This document shows, piece after piece, positions 1-13,682 of a stretch of 64,000 bases of DNA. The stretch covers positions 124,248,001 through 124,312,000 of the forward strand of contig OZ024741.1 of the NCBI GenBank assembly GCA_964016885.1, in the 5' to 3' direction. A program made the position numbers and the translations under genes. The notes under the pieces are model-generated. The model was given only the letters and a program-made list of their open reading frames with translations. It made no database searches and was not told where the DNA came from. The DNA is from Eledone cirrhosa (taxonomy: Eukaryota). Within the stretch, counting starts at the first letter, position 1; the number at the start of each line of letters is the position of its first letter.

Positions 1-309
1 ATATATATTTCTATTTCTATTATGCACGACTAAAAAGAACTTGTATATGGAAAGCTAAATACAAATAGCCTATGTGACATAGAGAAAGAAACAGAGAGAT
101 ATTGAGCGAGAGAGAGAAAGAGAGAGAGTTGGCATCGATTTTTCTTCAAGAAGTATTAATAATATTTAACACTATTATTAGTTAGATCGGTAATTATTAA
201 TTAAGAGGAAATAAATAACTGCGCAATTATAGGCATTGTATAATAGATAGTTGTTACTAATTTCTAATAATAGAAAGAAATATGTAAACAATACTTTCCT
301 CTATTTTCT

Positions 310-1255
310 ACTAGCAGTGGTACCCGGGGTTGCACGAGATAAGGTATTTTGGAACGCGGGCCGCCAACAGACCTAATCGTGGAGAAACTGAATGCCTGGA
401 CAATATGTAAAGAAAATAAACCGAATACTCTGATGGCTGGATAATCTTTAAGATTTTACTCGATGAAGCAGGAAAAATGCACGTTTTCACCTAATGCAGG
501 CCCTAGGGGATCAAGAAAATGAATTTTTGATGTGCATAATATGCCTTGAAATTTCGGGAAAATTCTGCTAAATGTAACGCCTGAAAAAAGCCCTAAAAAG
601 CTGAAAAAAGGAAGTTTTTCACCTAATCCGGGCCCTAGGCCATAAAAAAGTTGGATTTTTTTTGCTAATGGTATGAAGAAGAGACTGACTAATACACAGT
701 TACAATTTCAAGGAAATCAGTCTGACGTAACGCCTCAAAAAGACCCCTAAAACCTGAAAAAACGCATTTTTTCACCTAATGCGGGCCCTGGGGAATCAAA
801 GTTGAATTATTTTATGCGCATAATACTTCCTGAAACATGTAATACACATGAAAAGTTTGAAAAAAGTCGGGTGGGTACTTCTCGAGTTTTAGGGATTCAA
901 ACTCACAAACACACGCACACACACCCACACAAACACACACACACACACAGACATCTTCAGGGAAGTGACGCAATGCAAACAGTCAGACATACAGACAGAT
1001 TTATAAGGGCGCGATGTTATATGTATGTATCTATCTAAAAAGAGAAAGACTAAGAATTATAGAGAGGGATGGCTAAATCGCCTAATGCCGTCCCTAGGGC
1101 ATTGAACATTTGAAATGGTATTTGCTCAGAACACTCCCTGAAACATAAGTATTACATGTGTAAAGGTTGAAAACAGTTGGTTGGGTGCTTCACGAGTTTT
1201 AGGGATTCAAACTCACACGCACACAGACAGACATCCTCAGTTTTAGATAGATATC
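310..1255 (+). mobile_element. Non-autonomous Helentron/Helitron-like (HINE/DINE-type) element with internal ~140-bp subrepeats
   Basis: Starts ACTAGCAGTGGTACCCGGGGTTGCACG; the same terminal motif is inverted at ~41743-41773. TTTTCACCTAATGC/CCGGGCCCT recurs near 484, 617 and 770. Ends in ACAGACAGAC...TTTTAGATAGAT. Family assigned by motif resemblance only. Confidence 0.45.
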
Positions 1256-3234
1256 TATAGAATGTTTTAGATTCTGAGTTCGATTGCCTGCGGCGCGTCG
1301 TGTCATTAAGCAAGGCATTTCATATGAAGATTGGTCCATTCTACTCTGTTAAGAAAAAACATCAATCCTAACTGTACTTGAATGGGCCACCCATGTCACC
1401 CAGAGCGTCACGGTGATTCCTGCTCAAAACTACGTTAAATGTACTCGTGTATATGAAAGTCCCAGCAACTTGCACCTTAAATTCACGTGAAAAAAAGTTC
1501 CGTTGCTCCAACAACTGCAATACGCGATTTCGGAACCGATGGAAGTTGAACTCACTGTAATGTTTGGATGTAAAAATATTCTTGTGTATCCTGACATTTT
1601 TGTTTGGATTCATTCACAATAACCTGGACCATAAGAAATCATCCCATTTTACGAAAGACAAAGTAATAAAAGCATTCCCTTATTTTATACAAATCTGAAT
1701 GAAATGCTTGCCTTTTGTCAAATGTATTTTCATTTTATAGCTGCACCACTTTCAGGATCTGGCAACGCATTCATTTCAAATGATAGAAACGAAGCGTGCT
1801 TCACTGCACGTAATCGTATAGATTATACAAAAATATTGAGCCAGGCAAACTGGCTCTTAGCTGTTAAATACAATTTCTGATTCTGAATGCGATATATCTA
1901 AAAGGATCATTTTATTGTTTTGTTTTGTTTTTGTTTTCAGTTTTTCTAGATATTTACAATTGAATCATTCATTGGAAGAAACGAAAAGGTTGTGGAATAA
2001 TATATTGATAGGCGTGTATTAAGATATCTAATATTTTTTTTCCCCAATATGTAAAAAATAACCAACACTGCATCATAGTGAATAATATAACCCCCCCCAA
2101 AAAAATAAATGTAGTTAATATATAGAAGTAAGGTTGTCGCAAACCGATTGCATAATCGAAATTGAACACATTGCACCCGTAATTATACATCACTCCCACG
2201 ATGGAGATGTTTACGCCCAGGCAACTATCTTTGTATTTGAGCCTACTGCGAATATAAAGGATACTAATTTCGACACAATGTCAACAATTTAGGGATAGAC
2301 TGAATCGAGTAAATTGACCTTGTACTTGACTAGTACACTGTTAAATCAACCTCGAAAGGATGAAGGCCAATCTGAACACAGAACAATGCGAGTTGCACCA
2401 AATAAAGCAAACGTTTTTGTCTGATGGTAGCAACTCTAAAAATTCACTGCGAATATATTATTTCTACCACTGTATTACATGCTTTAACAAGAGAGGAATT
2501 AAAAATGTAGGTTTCATGCAGGGGAGGGGGGGGGGGGGCTAACGGTCCATTAATCTAAGGCTGAGACAAGAATTAGTTTTTAAAATGCATAAATTGTTAA
2601 TAATTCTGTCAATATCGCTGTTTCAATTACAGAGGATTTGTTCAAAAGCACACTTTAATCCAATTAAATAGTAGGAGTAAGTGTGTTAGTGACGGCTAAC
2701 AAAGAGTGCGACAGAAAGTTCCACACAACGAAATATGATGGACATCCTCGGTTTCGACAATGAGTGATCCAGTTGTTCGATCAACCTGCACGTGAAATTA
2801 CCATCTATGAGTAAGAATACGAGCATTGCATAGACACGTGTACTATTAACTTAGTTCACAGGGAGAGTCAGCCTTGAACTGTGTGCGATAAGGCTGTACA
2901 ATTGGATTACAGAGATATTCAAACCGAAGATCTTCCAAACAGGTTTCGTCTACCCAATTTTATTCACATGCATAGGTCGACCTGAGGCTAAAGTAAATGT
3001 GACTTACCCAAGCTGGGTTGAACGCTGGGTTGAACGCGAAGAAAACATTCTAAACATTTGGTCATTCTCCTCCCTCTAACACAATATAAGGAGAATTTAA
3101 AAGTTATTATGTGTATCTTGCTCCTTGTAATAATTTTTGTTTCGACAAATGGTTCCAAATCAATTCATTTCCAAAGAAGTAAATCTCCGAAATAACATTA
3201 AATGAATATAACTGTATGAGCTATTTTAAGAACA

Positions 3235-3835
3235 TGTGTGGTGGGGGAAGAGTCGTTAAACACTGCTTCCATCGAGTCCTGTCAGAGAGAACCGTCTTCA
3301 ATTGATCCGGCTGGATCCGCAAGAGAGATAAGCCAAGCTCATGGATGATATCCAATCATCATGCTCGGAGTCTACTCCTGTAATTTCTGTTGGTTGGTTT
3401 TGCCCGTAAAATCTGTGCCCTGTGATTCTTTTTTGAGACATTCTAACCCCATATCCGTAGTATCGGAACTGTCATCTATTAATTCTGAGAAATAGTGACA
3501 CTACCTGGACAAACTCTCTGATGTCCGGGCTACGCACCCGATTGAGTAAGGTTATTACAAAGACTCCTCGGAAAAACTTGCATTCGCGATCGTATCCTTT
3601 CGGTTATTACCTAAGGTACGCGACCATAGTTAAGGGTTGGCACGAATACTGAATAGAAGATGGGAAGTTTAGTGTTTACACTTACCTCCCTTTTTGTTAT
3701 TAGCGAATGCTGAAACTGGAGCATTAATGCACCAGCTCCTGCAAATCTTGCACTTAATTCAGCCTTCTACCTTCCATCACGCTTGAACACGACCCCAAGA
3801 TACTTGAACATATCCACCTGCTTCAGAACAGCTCT
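3235..3835 (-). pseudogene. RTE-clade LINE fragments (RT thumb piece and C-terminus)
   Basis: Minus strand 3715-3835 reads LKQVDMFKYLGVVFKRDGR*KAELSARF. 3235-3365 is the reverse complement homolog of the RTE C-terminus at 26670-26800. Confidence 0.55.
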
Positions 3836-4188
3836 GCGAAAAATAACTTTGTGTTAATATATTCAAACATAGATTGGACAAAAATTATTTTTATATGAAC
3901 AAATTATCATCCAAAATGTTTCCATACAAACATTAGTATATATGTCGGCATTCTACTGAATATATGAAGTGAACATGTTAGCAATGATATGTAGCATGTA
4001 GTTATAGATTCATAGATTCTTTTTTATATATCAGTTAAGTTTTGTTATGAACAAATTGCAACGTAGCAACAGATATAGAGATCGAAGTTTATAAAGATTT
4101 TCACTGATTCTAGATTTTAGATTTCCTGTCCACGTCCGCCTACAACAGCTTGCAAACCCACTTCTCTCTCTCTCTCTCTCTCCCCCCA

Positions 4189-4257
<69 letters not shown>

Positions 4258-4263
<6 letters not shown>

Positions 4264-5272
4264 ATAATTTGGGAGGGTCATGTTGCCAATAATAAACACA
4301 CGCACCATCTGTCTCATTTTAATTTATTATAATAAATTTAGGAATTTAGGAATTTATAAATTTCCGGTTGGTCGGTTGGTTCCATAACCAGATGATTGTT
4401 TATATATTGTCAATGTTCTTTCGTCACACATTCTGTGACCTCTTCAGTGACTGGGGATTCTTTTCTTTGTTTTTTAAGCCTCTCATTTATTCTTTCCTAC
4501 GCCATCTTGTTTTTGAGTGTGTTGTGTGCTTAGTTTACGCATGTGTTACACCCGGGTGTCTGTGTGTGTTTATATTTGTTTATTTATTTGTTTATTTACA
4601 TGTTACTGGTTGGTTGTTTGTCCTATGTGCGTGTGTGTTTTCATTTTGTCCTTAATTGTAAGTTGTGATGTTGCTGTTCCACTCATGTTTTCTATTTAAT
4701 TTTGGTTGGAGTCCATTTATGTTTATTGCCTCTGTGATTTGTCTAAACATTGCGTCTTTTCTGTGTGTAGATTCTATTTTTATTTCTATGTTCTCTAATT
4801 TACCCTTATGTTCTATTTTAGCATGTTGGTAGAGTACAGATGATTATTTACTATCTTGAAGTTCTCGCCAGTGTTCATTTATCCGTTCCCCTACACTACG
4901 AGCTGTCTCACCTATGTACACTATATTTTTATCTCTACATTGTCCTTCAGTACATCTTATGCTATATACTACATTTCTAGTTTTACAGTTAATATGGGGG
5001 CTTAATTTACAGATTATACATTTCTTATCTATACAGGGAGTTCTTTGAAAAGGGTATGTATTGCTAATAAGTGGAATTTATGGAGGTACCTGGTCTTTCT
5101 ACTATCTTAATATTGAGTTATGTTTATCTAGGGCCCTTCTAAATTTGTAAGCTAATTCACCTCTAGGGGTTGTATCGATGAACATTACACTCTGGTATTT
5201 ATTGCTATCATACCATGAGTTTATTCTATTAACCCTATTCATAGTCCTTTCTATTCTATTCCAAAATTTGCT
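4258..5272 (-). mobile_element. Penelope-like element 3' fragment: frameshifted GIY-YIG endonuclease plus pseudo-LTR
   Basis: Minus strand reads SWYDSNKYQSVMFIDTTPRGELA...CIDKKCIICK...NVVYSIRC...YIGETARS...LNRKHEW, paralogous to 33293-33877. pLTR at 4258-4690 abuts (TA)n. Confidence 0.85.
4409..4451 (-). ncRNA. Type I hammerhead ribozyme motif in Penelope pLTR (degenerate at cleavage triplet)
   Basis: GUCA-CUGAAGA-G-GUCACA-gaaug-UGUGAC-GAAA-gaacau-UGAC. Same family as 51555-51597. Confidence 0.65.
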
Positions 5273-5489
5273 CCAAAATTTGCATATTAACGGCTGAGCA
5301 CCCTAATTTGCATATCGAGTGAGTTAGTCGGCCGGGCGTACCTAAAACGATAAATGGAAAAAATGAAATTTCATTTCTCACTCTGAGTATGGCTGATACT
5401 TAAATATAAGTATGTATACGTACATACTTATATGTACAGTAGTATGTATATACATACATGCATATATATATATATATATATATATAAAT

Positions 5490-6055
5490 ATATGACTCAT
5501 GCGCACCAGCATAGCAACATACAACGCACTAACACACAACCACATCCCCGCCAAACTATCCAGGATTCTACTGCAAAACATAAAAATAGTTGTAACTGCA
5601 CCAAACCAGGTACGTGCCCACTGAATAACCTGTGCCTAGCACGCAATATTGTCTACCGGTGTACAATAAATTCCGGGACCAGTAAATGGTATTACGTCGG
5701 ATGTACCGCAACTTCTTTCAAGGCTCGCCTATACCAACATCGATCTTCGATCAGGCACGAGAAAATGCGCTCCGTAACAACCCTCGCCGATAAAGCCTGG
5801 CAGCTTCGGAGGAACAATCAAGCGTTCTCCCTTGATTGGCAAATTATTGCAGCTGCGCCTGCATATCAGCAAAATCATCGATTCTGCAAGTTATGCAATT
5901 TAGAGATATACTGCATTTTAACGTCGGTAAACAAACTTTTGAACAGCAAAATTGAACGTTCTCTATACTGTAACCATCGTTTGAAAACGACTTTTTCTTT
6001 TTTAAATGCATATAATGTTACCTTTTTACACCAACGTTTGCAAATTTTTGTCTGA
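5490..6055 (+). pseudogene. Naiad-type Penelope-like GIY-YIG endonuclease, 5'-truncated
   Basis: CNCTKPGTCPLNNLCL..NIVYRC..YYVGCTATSFKARLYQHRSS..CKLCNLE..LLNSK..CNHR carries the CNC/CPL, GIY-YIG, CxLCxxE and terminal CxH motifs. The ORF-track start lies in (TA)n. Confidence 0.85.
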
Positions 6056-6425
6056 TATGTTTATACACTAGATATGGCTTTCTATAATAATAGTACTAAA
6101 CAGTGTTTTTCTGGACCCCTTTAGAAATAACCTGCTACTATAATAGCCCTAATAACTTGTCTGTGACACTGTACCACTTTGACCCCTCTAACTAAATTTT
6201 GTCCGAACAGCACCACTAGAAGAATTTACTTCCCAGCCAACCTTAGCACGCCTCATTAAGCTAACTGCTGCCAAAACATTCTCTCTTCACAATCTCTACT
6301 AGTCTGACAGTCTTAAACCCTAAGACTCCCTCCACCTTACTCACTTCCCTCTTCCCCTTCTCTTCCTACCTCCTTCTTTATCTTTTATCTAGTGTATAAA
6401 ATGTTTTCATATCATTCTAAAACAA

Positions 6426-6534
6426 AGGTCTGATGACATGGTATGTTGGTTTACAGTGTACTTTCGGTTTATTTGTGTATTATTCAAATAGCGAAGTATA
6501 GGTAGCTCATACACTATAGAAACAATTGTTACCT
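6426..6534 (+). ncRNA. Hammerhead motif with long (~80 nt) imperfect stem II at the 3' end of the Naiad fragment
   Basis: AGGU-CUGAUGA-[long hairpin]-GAAA-CAAUUG-UU-ACCU followed by AAUAAA. Stem I AGGU/ACCU; palindromic stem III. Confidence 0.6.
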
Positions 6535-6604
6535 AATAAATCCTATATACCCGCATTTCCATTTCGTAAATTTTTTCTCCATATATATATATATATATAT
6601 ATAT

Positions 6605-7000
6605 GTACGTATGGGTTTCATTTTTTCCATTTATCGTTTTCGGTACGCCCGGCCGACTATCTTACTCGATATACAAATTAGGCTGCTCAGCCCTTAATAT
6701 GCATAAGGAAAGTATATACTTTCAAACGCTCAATCGACTGACAAGAAGGTATACGTTGCTGATGACAGCTAATAAGCTAGAAACTAGTTCATCGTTCCTT
6801 TGTCAGTGTTGAACAAAAGGGAAACGATGGTTGCCGAACACTGTACAGCTAATAATTCGGGCTGTTTGTTTACAAACAAACCGAGCATTGTAATAAATGT
6901 TCGGTAAACCCATACGTACATATATATATATGTGTGCATGTATGTATGAATATACATACTACTGTACATCTGTATACATATATGTATGTACGTATACATA

Positions 7001-7006
<6 letters not shown>
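6605..7006 (+). mobile_element. Non-coding HHR-bearing repeat family B monomer
   Basis: Homologous to minus-strand copies at 28038-29073 and fragments at 5277-5460 and 8220-8370; flanked by (TA)n. Confidence 0.75.
6753..6795 (+). ncRNA. Type I hammerhead motif (family B)
   Basis: ACGUUG-CUGAUGA-C-AGCU-aaua-AGCU-A-GAAA-CUAG-UU-CAUCGU. Stem I extends via CUGACA..AAGG/CCUU-UGUCAG. Confidence 0.75.
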
Positions 7007-7062
<56 letters not shown>

Positions 7063-7250
7063 ACACATATATATATCTATATATGTGTGTATGCGGATAT
7101 ATAATTGATAGAAAACCAATATGAGAATACCTAAGCTGTGTTATATGTCTTAGGCATGATTCAAGAGAAAAGAGAGGTAAATGGTGAAAACCTCTTCGTA
7201 ACTACATTGATCTGGATATTTTCTAGGAATAACGTTCCTCAGCTAACCTT

Positions 7251-7354
<104 letters not shown>

Positions 7355-7590
7355 TATGAATAGGTAAATAGTTAAATTGTATCTTAATTTATTTTAAAGT
7401 AATTGTTTCTACTTTTGGCACAAGGCCAGCAATTATCCCAGTGCATTAAATAATGTTTAAAGTTTGCTTGTTCCGCTCATCTCAATTTTATAGTTTTGGT
7501 ATCTCAAATTAATTCTATTGAACAACAACTGTATTATAGACACCCTATATATTTCCGTGGGTACTTAGTACCTGTGGGGATATTGATCTC

Positions 7591-7662
<72 letters not shown>

Positions 7663-7663
<1 letters not shown>

Positions 7664-7992
7664 GGCTTCGATATAAATACCCCCTCCGCCTCTGTGGTAT
7701 TTTCTTCGGGGTTATAAGAGGCTTGGCTCTGTTTCTCGACCGTTATATCGCGTGACTATCTCCCCCTCCGCCTTTTGGGATTCTTTCTAACGTCGTGTAG
7801 ACGCGTTCTTGAGACTAGTAAAATGAGGTATCCTCTTGATAAGTCGGCAGACCTCGCAGGGACTCTATATCTTTATGATGTATTGTTTTTGTTTATGCCA
7901 CGAAACTACGTAGTCGAGGAATCTAGGAACAGTTTAGGTATGATACATTTTATTACTTATTATATCTAAATGTTTCTTCTCTCTTCATAATG
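7663..7992 (+). mobile_element. Non-coding HHR-bearing repeat inserted in (TA)n
   Basis: Near-identical inverted copy at 46290-46556. Confidence 0.75.
7831..7920 (+). ncRNA. Type I hammerhead motif with U3-A8 variant core
   Basis: UCCUC-UUGAUAA-GU(C)GGCA...UGCCAC-GAAA-CUACGUAG-UC-GAGGA: perfect 5-bp stem I, palindromic stem III, GUC site. Confidence 0.75.
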
Positions 7993-8743
7993 TATATATA
8001 TATATATATATATAAATATATATATATAACTGATCTGGAAGCTCAAACTGGACAGGACCCCGTACGCTCTGGCCTGGTCCAAAATGAGGAAAGTACCACC
8101 TGATAAATGGGGATCTGGCCTCTGCAAACTATGTCTGAGCGAGACCCTCGAGATACTCAGCGGTGAAAGTAGCCTGATAAACCTCAGGACTGACTTCTTT
8201 GGGACATGTAGACACCTCAGGGCGTACCGAAAACGATAAATGGAAAAAATGAAATTTCATTTCTCACTCTTAGTACGGCTGATACTTAAATATAAGTATG
8301 TATACGTACACACATATATGTACAGTAGTATGTATATGCATACATACATGCACACATATATATATATATATGTATGGGTTTAATTGTTTCCATTTATCGT
8401 TTTCTGCCTCAAGCTATATGGTCAGTAACAACACATTGGGATGGGAACTTCCCTCGAGCTATAGGGACTTCTCCGGGACGTGTAGACACCTCAGGGCCGG
8501 GATCTTCCTCAAGCTATATGGACAAAAACAACAGATTGGGATGGGAACTTCCCTCTAGCTATAAGGACAGCAGCCCCACCACACCGAGCCCACCATAAAC
8601 CACCCCCTGCACAATCACCACCCTCCCCTGCCTCGATCGACTACTGTGACCGCACATACTTATGCATATGTCCATACATAGACACTGTTATATAAGATTG
8701 TACATGCTCAGATACTTACATGTGTGGGTGTGTGTGTGTGTGC

Positions 8744-8801
<58 letters not shown>

Positions 8802-9675
8802 ATAGGGGATGCACCTGGCTATCTGCTCGTGCGTGTGTGCTTGGAACGATGTGAGTTGACACACACGCATATGTACACTATGCCGAAATAGGAACTGTAG
8901 TCCTCTGAATTCCTGGTTTTTAACACTCGGGGTCTGGTGTTTTACACTCCACCCTTGTCTCATTTGCTCTTAAAACGCACCACACCAAGATAGTGTAAAG
9001 ATTGTGACCCTTTGCACTTCCCGATCCTGACACACAGCCTTTCTACTTCAGTCAATATTTTCCAAATCTTTCAAACTTTGAGATTGGTTATAACACACAC
9101 GCATTTTATTTTATTCTTTTATTTTTATATAATATTATTCTTTTTATTATTTTATTATTTTTTTGTTTATTTTTTTACTTTTTATCCTTTTATTTTCTTC
9201 ATTTTATTGCCTTTAATTCTTTATTTCTCCATTTTACATTATCTTATTTCTTCATCTGTTTGGCACCCCCCCCCCCCCGCCCAGACCACCACGGGAAATG
9301 GTGGCAGGATGGATGCCAACCCACACACACACATTCTTCTAAACATAGCAGCAGCCGAACTAAAGCTGACCTGCCTACTTATCCCTGACCCCCTAACACC
9401 AATACAAGGGAGGAGGTCAGGTGTACTTAATAAAAACAACCACAACAGATTGCCTTGCCTCAGAAAAATTTCTATAGACTTTTGACTGAGGAATGTTCTC
9501 ACAACTGACCAATGGGATGAGAGAGTTCCTTTGACACCGAAATTCGTTTGCTCGAATTCATATGATTCCAGTTCCTCAGAGAAATAACAACCAAACCAGG
9601 ATCTGAGCATATCGAGTATTGACGGAGTTAAACACTTCAACAACATGTGTACCTGTCTCTACCACAACAATTCGG

Positions 9676-9730
9676 ACTGCCTGAAGAGGTCACAGCCAAG
9701 GATGGCTGTCACCGAAATATATATAGCGGT
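9676..9730 (+). ncRNA. Type I hammerhead motif
   Basis: ACUGC-CUGAAGA-GGUcACAGCCA-agga-UGGCUGUcACC-GAAA-UAUAUA-UA-GCGGU. Covaries with the copy at 42490-42545. Confidence 0.85.
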
Positions 9731-9811
9731 ACACCTTTAATAAACGAACTCAAATTTTAAATATTTGACTTAATTATTTTATTTTATATATATATATATT
9801 TCGTTTCTGAA

Positions 9812-10113
9812 TTTGTTTAGCAAGATTCTTTATCTGAAAACGTGTGTTGAAACCGATTTTGTTATACTTTGGGAGGGTCATGTTGCCAATAAGAAACACA
9901 CGCACCAGTTGCTTTCACTTCAATTTTTTATAATAAATTTATAAATTTAGGAATTTATAAATTTCCGGTTGGTTGGTTGGTTCCACAACCAGATGATTGT
10001 TTATATAAACAATCATCTGGTTGTGGATAATAAATTTATTATAATAAATTGAAGTGAAAGCAAATGGTGCGTGTGTTTCTTATTGGCAACATGACCCTCC
10101 CAAAGTATAACAA
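9812..10113. mobile_element. Head-to-head palindrome of Penelope pLTR 3' ends
   Basis: Arms match the pLTR at 4258-4405 and 51600-51750. Perfect symmetry centre at TTATATAA 10001-10008; flanked by (TA)n. Confidence 0.8.
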
Positions 10114-10130
10114 TATATATATATATATAT

Positions 10131-10176
<46 letters not shown>

Positions 10177-10749
10177 TATTTGTTTGGAAATCTCGTAATG
10201 CAGATTCCTTCAAATACAATCTGAACAGCAGAATATCCTGCCCAAGAAATTTAAATATAAGTCTCAGCATTCACAGGCACATGTACACTTGACGAAATTC
10301 TGAGGCTGGAGTTTGAATTACATATGTGCACTTTAAATAATTACCAACATGAGTTCTATTTATATGCAAATTAGTATGTCCATTGTAGAATAATATTAAG
10401 TGAATGTGTATATAACCCCATCAAATCCATTGATGTGCATTGATGTGGCTCATTGAATGATATACATGCCTGTATCTGTGTATCCCATTAGGTATGAATA
10501 AGGTGTTTATCCTTACTTCAATTTACAGGGGAATTCGTATTTGTTGGTATGCTTATAAGTCTGGTAGTCTACATATGAAAAACATGTATAATTATCTATA
10601 CACTGTATTTACACAGATATAACTTTATCATTTTTCGACCTGTCAACTTTCCCCTTCCGATGGGGACATCACCCACCCACTTTGGGGTGGATGAGAGATG
10701 TCTTCTCTTGTGAAAATGGGTCTAGCTTTCATTATGTAAAACCTCCCCA

Positions 10750-10940
10750 GGGGCGGTGGATTGGCAGTATCGGTAGAGGGTCGGATGCCATGCTTTGACG
10801 TATAGAGTTACGGCCCTTGCCATTCTGAGTTCAAATCCGCCGAGGTTAACTTTGCCTTTCATCCTTACGGGGTCGATAAAATAAAGTACCAGTAATACAC
10901 TGGTGAATTGCTGGCCTTGTGCCTAAAGTAGAAACAATTA
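10750..10940 (+). mobile_element. tRNA-related SINE with GCCTTTCATCC..GGGGTCGATAAAATAAAGTACC core
   Basis: B-box-like GAGTTCAAATCC plus conserved core. Further copies at ~11140-11345(-), 11540-11700, 18284-18400, 25330-25530(-) and 58360-58530. Confidence 0.75.
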
Positions 10941-12185
10941 TGTAAAACCTCCCCATTTCGGCTCGTTTTGGGGCACTTTTTTCATGGTGCTCTCTGTTTT
11001 GGTTTTAGAGATGGGCAGGTCTGCATTTTGAATGACATGTACAACTCATTTCTTCTATAGTGAGTGGGCTGGAGCTTCGTCATAACATTATAATCATGAG
11101 TCGAACTCGCTAGCAACAACTACAGCAGTACTTACGCAATGGTTTCTTATTTAGGCACATGACCAACAATTTTGGAGGGAGGGAAAAGTCAATTAAATCG
11201 ACCCAAGTAGGTTGCTTTATTTTATTGACCCCGTAAAGATGAAAGGCAAAGTTAACCACTGCGGAATTTGAATTCCGTACGTAAAGAGGCCTAACTGTCT
11301 GCCACAAATAGCTTGTTGTCCGATGCTCTACCGTTACTGACAATCTATCTCTCTAGAGGAGGGGTCTTTACATATCATAATATGTTTGAGGACAAACCGC
11401 CTCATTTATGGTTAACTAGAATATACACTTTCATTCTGAATCACTCTGTGTTAGTGCTATCTCTAATGCTAACCAGCCAGGCTCTCAATATAATAAGATG
11501 TATATAAAAATATTTACAAGATCTATACAACTTTCCAAGGCAGCAAATTGGCAGAATTATTAGAACTTTTGATAGAATATTTTGCAGTATTTGTTTCGAC
11601 TCTCTGCTCTCAGTGTTTAAATTCCTCCGAGCACAACTTTGCCTTCTAATCCATTCGAAGTCGACAAAACTTTACCAGTCTGGATTTGAGGTCGATTCGC
11701 CCTCTATATCGCTTATTTCAATTATCTCACTCTCTATCCTTTTATGGAGGTGAGATCCTGAATTCAGAATTGCAGAGGAGAATAGGCTCCACCAGGTGTT
11801 AAAAATCACTAGAATCACCGTAGGTCAATACGGCACCCCTAACACTCCCTCATGGTTTACGGGACCATCCATCCATACAACGTTCAATTTATTTTGTAAT
11901 GCAGTATCATGGAGTAAATATCACCCATTACTCTAGGTAGCTGGTATATGATCACATGTAAACATACAGCATGATTATGAGCATATTTATTACGAGATTC
12001 GTGGCCGTCTGATTGGGAGTCGGGGTCACCATTGGGAACATCAAATTGGTAATGTCTATTCAGTTCCATATTCTCTTTCTGATTGAAGGCGCTTGGCTCC
12101 GTGGTTTGTCTGTTCTTCACACAAACACGCCCGTATACATGTACAGTCACCAATCACACACATATATATTTATACAATGCAAACA

Positions 12186-12239
<54 letters not shown>

Positions 12240-12302
12240 TACATATAAATGGGTGTGTTTGAATGTGTATTGTTTATGCAGCAATATCTTGAAACCTTGG
12301 GT

Positions 12303-12334
<32 letters not shown>

Positions 12335-12492
12335 TCATTTTGTTAAGGCTAAATAGTGAGTCTTGTTATTCCCGAGAAACTCCAGAATAAAAAAAACTCA
12401 CTATTTAGCCATAATAAAATGAATAAAATGAATATCAAAACTCTACTTCAGTATTGAATGCTTGTATTTCTAAGACATCAATGATATACAGC

Positions 12493-12542
<50 letters not shown>

Positions 12543-13174
12543 GTAGGAGGTGAGTTTTATTGTAGTACAATAAAGCAATGCAGATATCGGATAAGAATAA
12601 ATATAGATAAGAATATAAGAATAAATAGATATGCATAAATTCCATAGAACTTTTCACAAAGTATACAGTTAATATTCAATTCTTTATCAATTTAGAATCT
12701 TTTCTCAAAGGCACATATACATACACCTCTTTAAAATATACCCATCTTCCTACCATACTCTATAATACTTGTTTACTCATTACCCTCATTCTATCTTCAC
12801 CTTGTAAAATCCTTCATAACATATACATTTGTCTTTTTGACGTTAGAATATTCATCCGCAATCATTATTATTTTTTCTCTCTATCATAAATCTTTTTAAT
12901 CTCAATTTCATCCTTAATTTATTATTTTTTTCTCCCCATCAACGAACTCATTCTTAATACATATTAACTCTTTATTCGCATATATTATCGATTCCTTCAA
13001 TATACAAACTTTAACTTCACATTATTTTTCTCAAATCCTTCTACACACAAACCTTAATAATTTTTCTCTTCGTTAATTTTGAAATTGCCACAATACTTAT
13101 CATCACACACTTTTTTTGACGTTAGAATATTCATCCACAATTATTATTTTTTCTCTCTATCTTCATACATAAAT

Positions 13175-13592
13175 TCCCTTCGTTAATTTTCAAATTCCTT
13201 TAATTTATACATTATCTTCCAACGCTTCTCAACCTCTCTATGTAAAACAATATATCTTCTTCTCAGTTATAAAAACTATCTCTTTCTCTCTATCACCCAT
13301 CTCTCCCTCTCCACCTTCACTCTCATCTCCTCCCTCTTTGTTCATCCTTTCCACCCCCCCTCCCTAAATAAAATATTTTTTCCTTGCACATATCCTCCCT
13401 TCGTCAATTTTCAAATTTTTTTAATTTATACATTATCTTCCAACGGTTTTCAACCTCTCTATGTAAAACAATATATCTCCTCTCAGTTATAAAAACTATC
13501 TCTTTCTCTCTATCACCCATCTCTCCCTCTCATCTCCTCCCCTTTTTCATCCTTTCCAACCCCCCCCCCCTCTCTAAATAAAATATTTTTCC
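13175..13592 (+). repeat. Two diverged ~215-bp tandem units within an HHR-terminated element (~12540-13790)
   Basis: TCCCTTCGT..AATTTTCAAATT...TAAATAAAATATTTT occurs twice. Confidence 0.7.
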
Positions 13593-13682
13593 CAATATCA
13601 CACATCAATCTAAAACCACTTTTCATATGTTGATTTAAAACTGCACTATCCACAAGTGTTTTTTAGCCTTCATATCATGTTC

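Noticed and set aside
1545-1905. Possible host exons (plus 1741-1809 AAPLSGSGNAF..., or a minus-strand exon ending ACA|GTGAGT)
   Set aside because: Weak donor, no recognisable domain and no partner exons.
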